64,000 nucleotides of DNA from an uncultured Candidatus Binatia bacterium (GTDB lineage: Bacteria > Desulfobacterota > Binatia > Bin18): assembly GCA_965214605.1 (NCBI GenBank), contig OZ243961.1:3776001-3840000 (forward strand), given 5' to 3'. The notes beneath the pieces were generated by a model that saw nothing but the letters and a program-made list of their open reading frames with translations, was not told where the DNA came from and did no database searches. A program made the translations under genes and the position numbers. Below are positions 35,076 through 44,857 of the stretch, piece after piece. Each line of letters begins with the position of its first letter. The stretch's first letter is position 1.

Positions 35076-35361
35076 ATGGATTGGACGGTCGAAACCGACC
35101 GGCGACGCCGAAATAGCCGCCTTGCCGGCGGCGTTGCACGCCCGGCAGCTGCGGTTGCTGGAGACGATGGAGCATGGCGGGCGGGAGGCCCTTCGCGCGC
35201 CCCATGTCAAGCCTCTCGACGGGAAGCTGTGGGAGCTTCGGGGGCGGGGGGAAGGCGGTATCGCTCGGGGGGGCTACGTGACGACGGCGGGCCGGCAGGT
35301 GGGGGTGCTGTACGTCTTCGCGAAGCAGTCGGACACCGCGCCGTGCGCTCGCAACCGCTAG
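35076..35361 (+). pseudogene. RelE/HigB-like (Gp49-type) toxin, frameshifted
   Basis: MDWTVET, then frameshift, then AEIAALPAALHAR...PHVKPLDGKLWELR...YVFAKQS. Confidence 0.78.
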
Positions 35362-35385
35362 AGAGCGGATGAGGCAGGTAATCAC

Positions 35386-35670
35386 ATGAGGAAGCGGAAG
35401 GACCTGAAGGCGCACTTGATGGCGGACCCGGAGTTCCGGGAGGAATACGCGCGGGGCGACGGGGAGGATGCGCTGATCGAGGCGCTGGTGCGCGCCCGCA
35501 TGGCGGCGAAGCTGACGCAGGCGGAGCTTGCCCGGCGGCTCGGTACGACGCAGTCCGCGGTCGCGCGGCTGGAGGGCGGGCGGGTGTCGCCGTCCTTCGC
35601 GACGCTTCGCCGCTACGCCAAGGCAACCGGCGCGCGGCTGACTGTGGGCCTGGCTCCGGCCGACGGCTGA
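35386..35670 (+). CDS. HigA-like XRE HTH antitoxin
   Basis: LMADPEFREEY, LTQAELARRLGTTQSAVARLEGG, PSFATLRRYA; downstream of toxin relic. Confidence 0.88.
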   Translation: MRKRKDLKAHLMADPEFREEYARGDGEDALIEALVRARMAAKLTQAELARRLGTTQSAVARLEGGRVSPSFATLRRYAKATGARLTVGLAPADG

Positions 35671-36322
35671 GGCGGGCGACAGGCCGGCGGCGGGCGCGGG
35701 CGAACGATTTCCAGGGCCGACAGGGTTTCGCACGGCTACGCCAGGGTTGGAATGAATCCGCTTTCAGAATGATTACGCGATTTTCAGAGAACCACTTATT
35801 CTATTGATAGAAAATAATAATTTCTCCAGCAGAACATATCTACACGACAAAAGACAAAGACCCTGCCATAGACGATGGACTAAGGCGGCTCTGCCTCAGT
35901 CCGTCACGCGAAGACTGCGGGTCCATATGAGAGCCTCTCCGCGGAACTGCCTCTGTCAACACGGGCGTAGAACCGAACTATCCGCTCGCCAGCAGAGGCG
36001 CCGGCGAAAAAAACTTGGCAAGCAATGGAATGAAAAAATTCCACCCATCCAGCTCCGCGTCGTTAACAAGCAAACACGTCGCCCCGGATTGGGCGTGGGC
36101 GCGCCGTTCCTGAGCCGTAAAGAGGACGCCTATTAAAAAACTGTCCGACCAAAGCAGTCGGAAATGGGAGAAGGTGTGAGGCACGCTCAAACGCGGTGAA
36201 GGCACTCAATTGTTACAAAGCTATAACAGTCAGTCTCTGGACGGACAAAGCGTGGGCATCTCGAAGGTATTGCGCTGATTTGGCGATCTATGACAAGAAC
36301 AGGGAAGTGAGGAGGGAGCCTC

Positions 36323-38224
36323 GTGACACACAAACTACACACCGAACGCAGGCTGCGCCAGATATCCGGCCTCTGCTGCGCTTGGCTGCTTTTGAGTCTC
36401 GCCACCGTTTGGGCCGCCGCCCCGGTCCAAGAAGTCAGCGGCGAGCGCATCTATAAGGAACACTGCGCCACCTGCCATGCCACCGCGACCCGCGCGCCAA
36501 AGTTTGAGGTGATGCGCAAACTGCCGGCTACGTTTGTTCTACGTTCGCTCGAACTGGGCAAAATGCGCTTCCAGGGCGTGGTGCGGACCGGAGCCGAACG
36601 GCGGGCTGTGTCTGAGTATATTACCGGCAAGTCGCTCCCGGCCGTGAGCCAACCAGACCCGACGGTGGCCGGCTTTTGCAGCGATGCGCCGGGTGAATTC
36701 CCGGCCCCGCACGCTACGGCTGAGTGGAACGGCTGGGGCGTGGACAAGACCAACAGCCGCTTCCAGCCAGCCGAGGCCGCGGGCATCAGCGCCGATCAGG
36801 TGGCTAAACTCAAGGTCAAATGGGTGTTTGGCCTGCCCATGGACTATCAAACCTCGCAGCCGACGGTTGTTGGTGGGCGGGTCTTTGTCGGCAGTCTCGG
36901 TGGTCACGTCTATTCGATCGACGCCAAGACAGGCTGCCTATACTGGGCCAAAAAGCTTAAGGCCGGAGTCCGGGCATCGGTGGTCGTTGCTCAGATCCCC
37001 GATACCGCTCCACCCCGTTACGCCGCGTATTTTGGCGATATTGAGGCCAATGTGTACGCGGTTGATGCCAGGACTGGTGAAGAGTTGTGGCAGACCAGAG
37101 CTGATGATCATCGCCTGGCCCGGATTACCGGAACGCCCACCTTACACAACAACCGGCTGTACGTACCGATCACGTCGCTGGAAGAGGTGGCCGGCTCAGA
37201 CCCAAGCTATGAGTGTTGTACCTTTCGTGGCCCGATTGTTGCCCTAGATGCCGGCAGCGGTGAGCAGCTCTGGAAAGCGTATACGATTCCAGAGGAACCA
37301 AGACCGGTTCGTAAAAATGCCAACGGGGTGCAGCTGTGGGGGCCGTCGGGTGCCTCGGTGTGGTCGGCCCCGACCCTGGATTTAAAAAAGAACGTTATGT
37401 ATGTAGCTACCGGGGATAACTATTCCGATCCGCCCTCAATGACCAGCGACGCCCTGGTCGCCTTTGATTTAGAGACCGGCAAGATGCTGTGGTCCCAGCA
37501 GTTCACGCCGAACGACGCGTGGAATATCGCCTGCGAGTCGGACGATCAGACCAACTGTCCCGAGGCTCGTGGACCAGACCTGGACTTTGGCTCATCGGCA
37601 ATTCTGCGCACTCTGCCGGACGGTCGGCGGGTGCTGGTGGCGGGTCAGAAGTCGGGCATGCTACACGCCGTTGATCCAGACAATAACGGCGCCATCCTAT
37701 GGCAGGCACGGGTCGGTAAGGGTGGCCTAGCCGGGGGAATCCAGTGGGGGCCGGCCGCGGATGGCAGCACGGTATATGTGGCCCTGTCCGATATTGGTCT
37801 GAAGACGGTCGAGGATTCGCAGACGGGCTGGACGACCGAGCTTGATCCCAGCGTCGGGGGAGGGATGTTCGCCTACGATCTAGCGACCGGAAAACGTTTG
37901 TGGCATGTACCGCCTCCGGGTTGTGGAGACCGCAAGCAGTGTAGCCCGGCCCAGTCCGCGGCTGTGTCGGTAATTCCTGGAGTCGTTTTTTCCGGTTCGG
38001 TCGACTCCCACCTGCGGGCCTATTCAACCATCGACGGTACGGTGCTGTGGGACTATAATGCCGATCAAGAGTATGAGAGCACCAATGGGGTGCCGACCCG
38101 GGGCGGAGCGTTTGACGGTCCTGGGCCAACGATTGTTGACGGCGTGGTGTACGTCAATTCGGGCTATGGGTTCTGGGGCGCTCGCTCGGGTAATGCCTTA
38201 CTTGCGTTTGAGGTCGGCGACTAA
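36323..38224 (+). CDS. Cytochrome-c-fused PQQ dehydrogenase (polyvinyl-alcohol dehydrogenase-like)
   Basis: Signal peptide, N-terminal CATCH heme motif, WNGWG, ECCTFRG, GASVWSAP, GPDLDFG, GQKSG, beta-propeller Trp repeats. Confidence 0.88.
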   Translation: MTHKLHTERRLRQISGLCCAWLLLSLATVWAAAPVQEVSGERIYKEHCATCHATATRAPKFEVMRKLPATFVLRSLELGKMRFQGVVRTGAERRAVSEYITGKSLPAVSQPDPTVAGFCSDAPGEFPAPHATAEWNGWGVDKTNSRFQPAEAAGISADQVAKLKVKWVFGLPMDYQTSQPTVVGGRVFVGSLGGHVYSIDAKTGCLYWAKKLKAGVRASVVVAQIPDTAPPRYAAYFGDIEANVYAVDARTGEELWQTRADDHRLARITGTPTLHNNRLYVPITSLEEVAGSDPSYECCTFRGPIVALDAGSGEQLWKAYTIPEEPRPVRKNANGVQLWGPSGASVWSAPTLDLKKNVMYVATGDNYSDPPSMTSDALVAFDLETGKMLWSQQFTPNDAWNIACESDDQTNCPEARGPDLDFGSSAILRTLPDGRRVLVAGQKSGMLHAVDPDNNGAILWQARVGKGGLAGGIQWGPAADGSTVYVALSDIGLKTVEDSQTGWTTELDPSVGGGMFAYDLATGKRLWHVPPPGCGDRKQCSPAQSAAVSVIPGVVFSGSVDSHLRAYSTIDGTVLWDYNADQEYESTNGVPTRGGAFDGPGPTIVDGVVYVNSGYGFWGARSGNALLAFEVGD

Positions 38225-38278
38225 ACGGGCTCTCAGTCTTAGCTGGCGGATACGACAAGAACCCGGCCGGCCAAGCCT

Positions 38279-39025
38279 ATGCTCCAACCCGCCAACATGG
38301 TCGAAATCCAGCGTTTCCAAACACCCCACTACGGCTGCATGTATCTGCCCCATCGGACCGCCTCGCTGAGCTATCGGATTCTGGTCGAGCTTAGCACCGA
38401 GGGGTATGAGCATATGCTGAGACGAGGTTGGCGGCGCTTTGGCTGTGAGTTTTTTCGACCGGCCTGTCCGGCCTGTAGCCAATGTCGGAGCCTACGCTTA
38501 CCGGTGTCGGCGTTTCGCCCCTCGCGCAGTCAACGACGAGCGCTCAAGCGCAACGCGGATGTCGAGGTCGTGGTCCAAGAACCGACCCTGACGGCCGAGC
38601 ATCTGCGTTTGTTCAACGCCTACCACCGCTTTATGTACCAAAAAAAAGGCTGGCCGCGCCACCTCCACACCCCCGGCTCCTATGCCCGCAGCTTCTTAAT
38701 GGGCAACTGGGAGTTTGCCCGCGAGTTTCAGTACTACCGACACGGCCGCTTAGTCGGGGTCGGACTGGCCGATGTGACGACTGAGTCCTTATCCAGCATT
38801 TATTTTTTTCATGATCCGGCCTGGCGGACGCAGTCGCCAGGGGTATTTTCTATCTTGCAGCAGCTCACCTATGCCCAGCGGCTGGGGCTCAGCTATCATT
38901 ATCTAGGATACTGGGTCGCTGGCAGCCGGTCGATGGCGTATAAAGCCAACTATCGACCCCACGAGATATTAACCCGCTATCCGGCCGATGATGAGGAAGA
39001 GCCGGAGTGGCGGGCACCGGCTTAG
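38279..39025 (+). CDS. bpt: Ate1/Bpt-family aminoacyl-tRNA--protein transferase
   Basis: CMYLP, GWRRFG, RPACPACSQC, SRSQRR, SSIYFFHDP, YLGYWV, MAYKANYRP. Confidence 0.88.
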   Translation: MLQPANMVEIQRFQTPHYGCMYLPHRTASLSYRILVELSTEGYEHMLRRGWRRFGCEFFRPACPACSQCRSLRLPVSAFRPSRSQRRALKRNADVEVVVQEPTLTAEHLRLFNAYHRFMYQKKGWPRHLHTPGSYARSFLMGNWEFAREFQYYRHGRLVGVGLADVTTESLSSIYFFHDPAWRTQSPGVFSILQQLTYAQRLGLSYHYLGYWVAGSRSMAYKANYRPHEILTRYPADDEEEPEWRAPA

Positions 39026-41061
39026 CCGTCCAAGCGGGATTGGTGTGGGGCAAAATACTCCCGCACGCGTCCTAGCGCCATGAGCGGGAAATAATGGCGG
39101 TACATGTTGTAGTTGATCATGAAACCGCGCTGCAGCTCGGTGCCCTGGGCAAAGCGTTTTTTCATTTCCTGAACCTGAAGATCGGTCCGCGCACCGGTGC
39201 CATACCCGGGGAAGCCGGTGCCGGTATAGTACGGCTCGTCCCAGCTGCCGTCCCGCTGGGTGCGGACCAGATAGTCTGTCCCACGACGAACCGGTCCCTC
39301 AAAATCTCGTCCGTCCAGGGCTGTCAGGGCCATGAGCGCCCAGGCGGTCTGGGAAGCAGTGCTCGGCCCTGTGCCGCGCAGGCGGTCGTCCATATACGAG
39401 GCGCAGGTCTCCCCCCAGCCGCCGTCCGCATTTTGGTGGGTAGCTATCCATTGTCCGGCCCGGTGGACATAGCCGGCGCTCATATCTTCGCCGATCGCCC
39501 GCAGGGCCGGCAGGACCGTAGCCGTGCCGTAGATATGGTTTACCCCCCAGCGCCCAAACCAGCTGCCCTCGGGCTCTTGTTCTGCGCGGATGTAGGCTAG
39601 CGCGCGGGCCATAGCCGGCTGCGAGGCGTCGTAGCCGAGCAGCCCGAAGGCTTCCATAACATGGGCGGTGACATCGACGCTGGGCGGGTCGAGGGCTTCA
39701 CCAAAATCACAAAACGGGATTTTGGTCAGCAGCTGTTTGTCGTTATCGCGGTCAAACGCGCCCCAGCCGCCGTTACTGGACTGCATTGCCAGTATCCAGT
39801 GCTTGGCTCGGGCAATCGGGCCGTCAAAACGTCCGTCGTTCGGATTCTGTTTGCGCAGCTGGGCCAGGACGACTAGGGCCACCGCAGTGTCGTCAATATC
39901 GGGATAGGCGGCATTGGCCCGCTCAAATGCCCAACCGCCAGGCTTGACGTCAGGCAGTGTGAGCTGCCAATCCCCTCCGGTGACGACCTCTTGATCAAGA
40001 ATCCAGTCCAACGCAGTCTGCATTGGCTCGGACTGTTGAAGTCGGTGACCACAGTCGAGCAGCGCCAGGCTGGACAACAGCGTATCCCAGACCGGCGACT
40101 CGCTGGCCTGGATGTGCAGCCCACCGTTCCGCTCATATGACCAGTGGGCGTCAAGGGCAGCTAGCCCCGCGGCGAGAACCGGATGGCTCAGCGGATAGCC
40201 CTCAACGGAGAGCGCCATTAGACTATAAATCCAGGGCGGCTGAATGCCGCCCCACGCCCCGTCGGCGTCCTGGTGTTTAATGATCCACTCCACACACTGC
40301 CGAATGGCAAGCTCACGGCCGGGCGTAAAGCCAAGTTTTTGATAGGCGTGCAGCGCGGCATCGGCAGCCAGGAAAAACGTCTGCCACGAGAACAGGTCGG
40401 CCTTGCGCGGCAGGTCGGTGTAGCTCTGCTGCCGACCCAGAGGAAAGAGTTCGTGTAAACGCCGCTCAGGCGGCAGCGGACGACAAAAGCGGCGGGCCGA
40501 CAAAATTGTCAGCGGAACCAGGGTTGCCCGGGCCCAGGAGGCAAAATTGTAGATGTTGAATGGAAACCAGCTGGGGAAGGCGATCACCTCGGGCGGCAGG
40601 CAGGGCGTTTTGTCCCAGGGCCACTCGCCGATGAGCGCTAGCCAATAGCGGGTAAAGACGCGGATGGTATCGAAGCCGCCGTGGGCCAATATCCAGTCGC
40701 GAGCTGTGCGCAGGGTTGGGCTGTCGGGCGCGACGCCGCTGGCCCGCAGGGCGGCGTAGCACTCGACGGTGGTGTTAATGTCGCCGTCCGGCGCTCCGTA
40801 GTAAATTTCCCACGCGCCGTCTTGGCGCTGGGCGTTGAGCAGGGTTTGGACAATGTCCTCTTTGTGCGGATGCTCATAGCCCAGAATGTGCATGGCCAGC
40901 AACCACTCAGCCTCCATGCAGCAGTTGGACTCCAGCATGCCGACCCAGTACCCGTCCTCGGCCTGGTGATGGTACAACCAGGTTGCGGCCGCGTTGATGC
41001 ACGCTTCGAGTCGGGACAGGTCAACGGCCTGCCCGGCGGGATCGGGGCCGAGGGGTGGCAT
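39022..41061 (-). CDS. shc: Squalene-hopene cyclase
   Basis: YPDIDDTA (DxDD), QW repeats (QDADGAWGG, QSSNGGWGAFD, QEPEGSWFGRWG), RVFTRYWLAL, YTGTGFPG, YRHYFPL. Confidence 0.95.
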   Translation of the reverse strand: MPPLGPDPAGQAVDLSRLEACINAAATWLYHHQAEDGYWVGMLESNCCMEAEWLLAMHILGYEHPHKEDIVQTLLNAQRQDGAWEIYYGAPDGDINTTVECYAALRASGVAPDSPTLRTARDWILAHGGFDTIRVFTRYWLALIGEWPWDKTPCLPPEVIAFPSWFPFNIYNFASWARATLVPLTILSARRFCRPLPPERRLHELFPLGRQQSYTDLPRKADLFSWQTFFLAADAALHAYQKLGFTPGRELAIRQCVEWIIKHQDADGAWGGIQPPWIYSLMALSVEGYPLSHPVLAAGLAALDAHWSYERNGGLHIQASESPVWDTLLSSLALLDCGHRLQQSEPMQTALDWILDQEVVTGGDWQLTLPDVKPGGWAFERANAAYPDIDDTAVALVVLAQLRKQNPNDGRFDGPIARAKHWILAMQSSNGGWGAFDRDNDKQLLTKIPFCDFGEALDPPSVDVTAHVMEAFGLLGYDASQPAMARALAYIRAEQEPEGSWFGRWGVNHIYGTATVLPALRAIGEDMSAGYVHRAGQWIATHQNADGGWGETCASYMDDRLRGTGPSTASQTAWALMALTALDGRDFEGPVRRGTDYLVRTQRDGSWDEPYYTGTGFPGYGTGARTDLQVQEMKKRFAQGTELQRGFMINYNMYRHYFPLMALGRVREYFAPHQSRLDG

Positions 41062-41064
41062 AGG

Positions 41065-41337
41065 CTACCGTCGCCTGTCGCCTAACTCACGCGCTTCGAC
41101 CTCAATGAGCAGCTCGCGTGAGACGGCCAACTGTCCGGTCTCGATGTCGTGGGCCGAGGCTCGCTCCGCGGCCAAGCGGCACACTTTCTTGAGGTCTAAG
41201 CCGTGAAACTCAAGATCGAGCTCATCCTGAGACACCCAGACCTGAATGCGCTGGCCATCGGCCAAAGCGCACTCATAACCAACGGCGCGCTGAGCCCGGT
41301 TGCGCTTACGGTCCATATTGATCACGCGATTTGCCAT
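41065..41337 (-). CDS. Hypothetical protein (90 aa)
   Basis: Fills the gap exactly between the CoA-transferase-like B gene (2 bp) and shc (3 bp) on the same strand. Confidence 0.65.
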   Translation of the reverse strand: MANRVINMDRKRNRAQRAVGYECALADGQRIQVWVSQDELDLEFHGLDLKKVCRLAAERASAHDIETGQLAVSRELLIEVEARELGDRRR

Positions 41338-41339
41338 GT

Positions 41340-42143
41340 TCAGGCTCTTTCTCGGCGCAGGACTCCGGCCCGATCAACCCGGTTACGCAGGACGTCTAAC
41401 TCTTCGACGCCGGGCGGTTCGGTGGTAGGAACCTGCTCGGGGATGACAAGGGGAAAGCTGGTCTGGGCCTGGACCTGCTCGACCGACACGCCTGGGTGGA
41501 GGGATCGGAGGCGCATACGCTTTTCGTCTTCGGTAAAGTCCATAACGCACAGCGGGGTGACACAATACTTGGGGCCCCCGCCGGGCAGGCCCAGTTTTTT
41601 GCGGGCGTCCGCTCCGCCTGAGCCCCAGCCAACGGTGCTGATATAATCGCAGCGCTCAACAAAGGTGCGGGCCGTGTGGGAGTTGAGAACAATGTAATAG
41701 CGACCGACGTGGGTACTCAGGGTCGGGGTGCCGACCGAACCTGGGCCGCGAAAACGCAGCTTTTTATAATCCGAACCTACGCCGATCAAATTGGTGTTAC
41801 CGTGGAGATCGACCTGCACCCCGCCGATGAAAAAGGTCCGTTTGCCCCAGTCCCTTAGCCGATCAAAGCGATGTCCGGTATCGCTGTACGATTCGGCCCA
41901 GCGCACTACTCTCCGGTCCCAGCCAAAGGCGGGCATAGGCAGGCTGTCAAGGTGGGCGACATTCATGCGCGTGCCAAGGAAGATCAACTCCATGTTCGGG
42001 CCGTGCAGACTGTGGGCGAGGCGGACTGCGGCCTCGGCCACCGGCATGGCCACGCCCACCTGGAGCAGCTCACCGTCCTTCAGCTCGCGGGCCAGAAACA
42101 CGGCCATAATTTCTTGGGGGGTACATCCGGTTTGGATGGTCAT
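41340..42143 (-). CDS. CoA-transferase-fold beta subunit (GctB/IpdB-like)
   Basis: LARELKDGE, GGVQVDLHGNTN, GPGSVG, FVERCDYI, SLHPGVSVEQVQAQTSF. Confidence 0.85.
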   Translation of the reverse strand: MTIQTGCTPQEIMAVFLARELKDGELLQVGVAMPVAEAAVRLAHSLHGPNMELIFLGTRMNVAHLDSLPMPAFGWDRRVVRWAESYSDTGHRFDRLRDWGKRTFFIGGVQVDLHGNTNLIGVGSDYKKLRFRGPGSVGTPTLSTHVGRYYIVLNSHTARTFVERCDYISTVGWGSGGADARKKLGLPGGGPKYCVTPLCVMDFTEDEKRMRLRSLHPGVSVEQVQAQTSFPLVIPEQVPTTEPPGVEELDVLRNRVDRAGVLRRERA

Positions 42144-42188
42144 AGGAAGACAACAACTCCTCTTTTTCAGGGATGACGTTTCGCGCCC

Positions 42189-43073
42189 TCAGTATTCGTA
42201 CAGCGACAGCAGACGCTTGATCCCAATCCGTTCCAAATAATCACCGTGCGTCTCGGGCTCTCGATAGTAGTGGTTCAGAAAGTGCTGTAGGGCTGCCGGG
42301 TCATCGTGGTGGGCGGCGTCCGTGGCGGCCCGCACATAGGTTTTCAAAAACTCGTTGTCTGTAATGTAATAACCACGGCTATAAAACGGATGCGCGCCGT
42401 AGGGCATGCGCACGATGCCGTCCGCGGCGGCAATGGTCGTCGCCCATGGATTGCTGCGGATATCCTCGTTGGCGATGATTTTTTCAACCTGGACGATCGT
42501 CCGCTCGGCCGCCCGGTACAGAAACAGATCGAGCCAACCCGGCCCACCAAAGTGCTGGACATTCCCGTAGACGTCCGAGGTGGCGGCATGTAAGAGGGTG
42601 ACATCGGGTCTGATCGCAGGCACGGCCAGTAAAGTCTCACCCTTGATCGGGTCGGTGATGATTTTGAGATCGGGGTTAACCTCGGGCAGCGAGGTGCCAA
42701 CCCCGCCACGCCAGGGAAGAAACGGCAGATCCTGGGCTGCGGCCCGCAACCCAGCCGTTAAGATGCCCTCTTCGCACTCCCAGGTTTCGACCTGGCCCTG
42801 CTCAACCGCGTGCCGGAACGAGGGGGCGACGGCCACTCCAAAACCGCCGCCGGCGTAGTAGCTGACGGCTTTGGTGACACACCGGGCGGCAATCAGCAAA
42901 TCCAGAGACAGGCCACTAGCCACGACAGTGAGGTTTTTCACGTTGCGCCGGATGATATGCCGCAGCAGAGCCATCGGGGCAGGTTCTCCGACCGCAACCG
43001 TCATGCCGTCCTCAATCCAGCTTGCGGCATCCGCCTCGTCGAGCAGGTGGTGGGTTCGTTCTTCTGCGGACAT
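42189..43073 (-). CDS. CoA-transferase-fold alpha subunit (GctA/IpdA-like)
   Basis: IEDGMTV, PMALLRHIIR, EEGILTAGLRAAAQDLPFLP, VPAIRPDV, DVYGNV, PYGAHP. Confidence 0.85.
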   Translation of the reverse strand: MSAEERTHHLLDEADAASWIEDGMTVAVGEPAPMALLRHIIRRNVKNLTVVASGLSLDLLIAARCVTKAVSYYAGGGFGVAVAPSFRHAVEQGQVETWECEEGILTAGLRAAAQDLPFLPWRGGVGTSLPEVNPDLKIITDPIKGETLLAVPAIRPDVTLLHAATSDVYGNVQHFGGPGWLDLFLYRAAERTIVQVEKIIANEDIRSNPWATTIAAADGIVRMPYGAHPFYSRGYYITDNEFLKTYVRAATDAAHHDDPAALQHFLNHYYREPETHGDYLERIGIKRLLSLYEY

Positions 43074-43161
43074 AGGCTATGCTTTCCTCTTTGCCCTTGT
43101 GAAGGGATATATATGATAAGAAACCGGAAAAATCAAAGGCAAATGTCAAAACTGGAAACAC

Positions 43162-43177
43162 TCACACCTTGGTGTGA
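43162..43177. promoter_or_regulatory. Perfect inverted repeat, candidate operator in a divergent intergenic region
   Basis: TCACACC-TT-GGTGTGA between the divergent CoA-transferase-like A and SDR genes. Confidence 0.4.
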
Positions 43178-43194
43178 AGTCAGGAGGCAGAAGG

Positions 43195-43908
43195 ATGGCA
43201 CAAAGTGATCGTATTGCGGTTGTTGCTGGGGTTGGAGCGGGTATTGGAGCGCGTTTTGTTGAAACCTTCGCACAGGAGGGGTATCAAGTGGTCGCCCTGG
43301 CACGCAATCAGCAGTCGCTTGATCAGATTCGGGACGGACTCGGTCGCCTAGCCGAGCGGTGTGTATTTTGGACGACCGATATTGCCGATCAAGCCCAGGT
43401 CGCGGCGACCTTTGAACGCGTACGCAGTGAACTCGGGCCGGTTCGGCTGCTGATTGCCAACGCCAGCGCGGCTAAACGTGGCTCGTTTCTCGACCTGACT
43501 CCGGATGAGTTTGAGAACCATTTGCGTGGCTGTACGTTCGGGCCGTTTCTGTGTGCCAAACAGGCAATTCCTGACATGCTGGCCAATGGTGGAGGGGCGG
43601 TCGTGTATATCGGCGCGACTAGCTCAGTAAAGGGATACGCCAGATCATCCGGTTTTGCACCGGGAAAGTTTGCCCTGAGAGCTCTGGCTCAGTGTAATGC
43701 CCGGGAATTTGGACCGCAGGGGATTCATGTCTTTCACGTGATTATCGACGGTGGGATTGACAGTGTACCGCTGGGTGAAGACCGAGCCTGTCGGCCCGGC
43801 CTGTTAGACTCCCGCTCCATCGCCCGGGTGATAGCCCAAGCCGTCGCCCAGCCGTGTGATACCTGGATGCAGGAGTTTGATATCCGGCCCGCCGAAGAGA
43901 GCTTTTAG
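43195..43908 (+). CDS. SDR-family oxidoreductase
   Basis: VAGVGAGIG, GATSSVKG, FAPGKFALRALAQ, HVIIDG; AGGAGG RBS. Confidence 0.88.
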   Translation: MAQSDRIAVVAGVGAGIGARFVETFAQEGYQVVALARNQQSLDQIRDGLGRLAERCVFWTTDIADQAQVAATFERVRSELGPVRLLIANASAAKRGSFLDLTPDEFENHLRGCTFGPFLCAKQAIPDMLANGGGAVVYIGATSSVKGYARSSGFAPGKFALRALAQCNAREFGPQGIHVFHVIIDGGIDSVPLGEDRACRPGLLDSRSIARVIAQAVAQPCDTWMQEFDIRPAEESF

Positions 43909-43990
43909 AGCGGTCATCGTTTTCTCCATTGCTGATCTCATACTGCCCTGCGGAGCGCGGGGACGCCACCTACAGAAGAGAGGAACACCA

Positions 43991-44857
43991 ATGAAAGAAT
44001 TTTCCGGTCGAGTTGCTGTTGTCACCGGAGCTGCCAGCGGAATTGGTCGGGCGCTCGTTGAGCGGTTTGCCGCTGCTGAGATGAAAGTGGTGCTGGCCGA
44101 CGTTGAGGCTGAGGCGCTGAAGGCCGCTGAACAAGACCTGAAAGATCGAGGCGCGGACGTCCTTGGAGTTGTGACCGACGTCTCTCAAGCCGACCAAGTC
44201 GAAAGCCTGGCTCACAGCAGCTTAGACACCTTCGGCGGCGTGCATATTGTCTGCAACAATGCCGGCGTTGGTGCGGGCGGTCTTACCTGGAATCATTCGC
44301 TCCAAGACTGGGAGTGGGTTATTGGCGTCAACCTCTGGGGCGTGATTCACGGCGTACGCACCTTTGTGCCCATCATGCTGGAGCAAAACACCGAAGGTCA
44401 TATCGTCAATACCGCTTCCATGGCCGGGCTGGTGTCCGGGCCGTTTCTGAGCATCTACGACGTGACCAAACACGGGGTGGTGACGCTATCCGAGTCGCTC
44501 CACTACGAACTCATGCTGCAGGCGGCCCAGGTCAAAGTGTCGGTCTTGTGCCCGGGCTTCGTCAGAACAAACATCCTCGACTCCGAGCGCAACCGGCCGG
44601 CCGAGTTGCAGCCCACCAAGCAAGAGCCAGACGAAGCCGGTCAGGCTATGGACCAGACCTTTCGTCAGTTTATTGAACAGGGCATGCCGCCTACCGAGCT
44701 TGCAGAGAAAGTCTTTACCGCCATTCAAGACGAGACATTCTATATTCTTCCCCATCCAGAACTGTTGGAGACGGTGCGTTCGCGTATGGAAGATATTCTG
44801 GAGCAGCGCAATCCGACGCTGGCCATGCCAGGATTTTTTGGCGCGTCAGGGAACTGA
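43991..44857 (+). CDS. SDR-family NAD(P)-dependent oxidoreductase
   Basis: TGAASGIG, NNAG, NTASMAG, catalytic YDVTK, LCPGFVRT. Confidence 0.92.
   Translation: MKEFSGRVAVVTGAASGIGRALVERFAAAEMKVVLADVEAEALKAAEQDLKDRGADVLGVVTDVSQADQVESLAHSSLDTFGGVHIVCNNAGVGAGGLTWNHSLQDWEWVIGVNLWGVIHGVRTFVPIMLEQNTEGHIVNTASMAGLVSGPFLSIYDVTKHGVVTLSESLHYELMLQAAQVKVSVLCPGFVRTNILDSERNRPAELQPTKQEPDEAGQAMDQTFRQFIEQGMPPTELAEKVFTAIQDETFYILPHPELLETVRSRMEDILEQRNPTLAMPGFFGASGN

Noticed and set aside
35700-36322. Sigma-54 promoter or small ORFs upstream of the cytochrome-c/PQQ dehydrogenase
   Set aside because: No correctly spaced GG-N10-GC consensus element was found, and the short ORFs lack RBS or family features.
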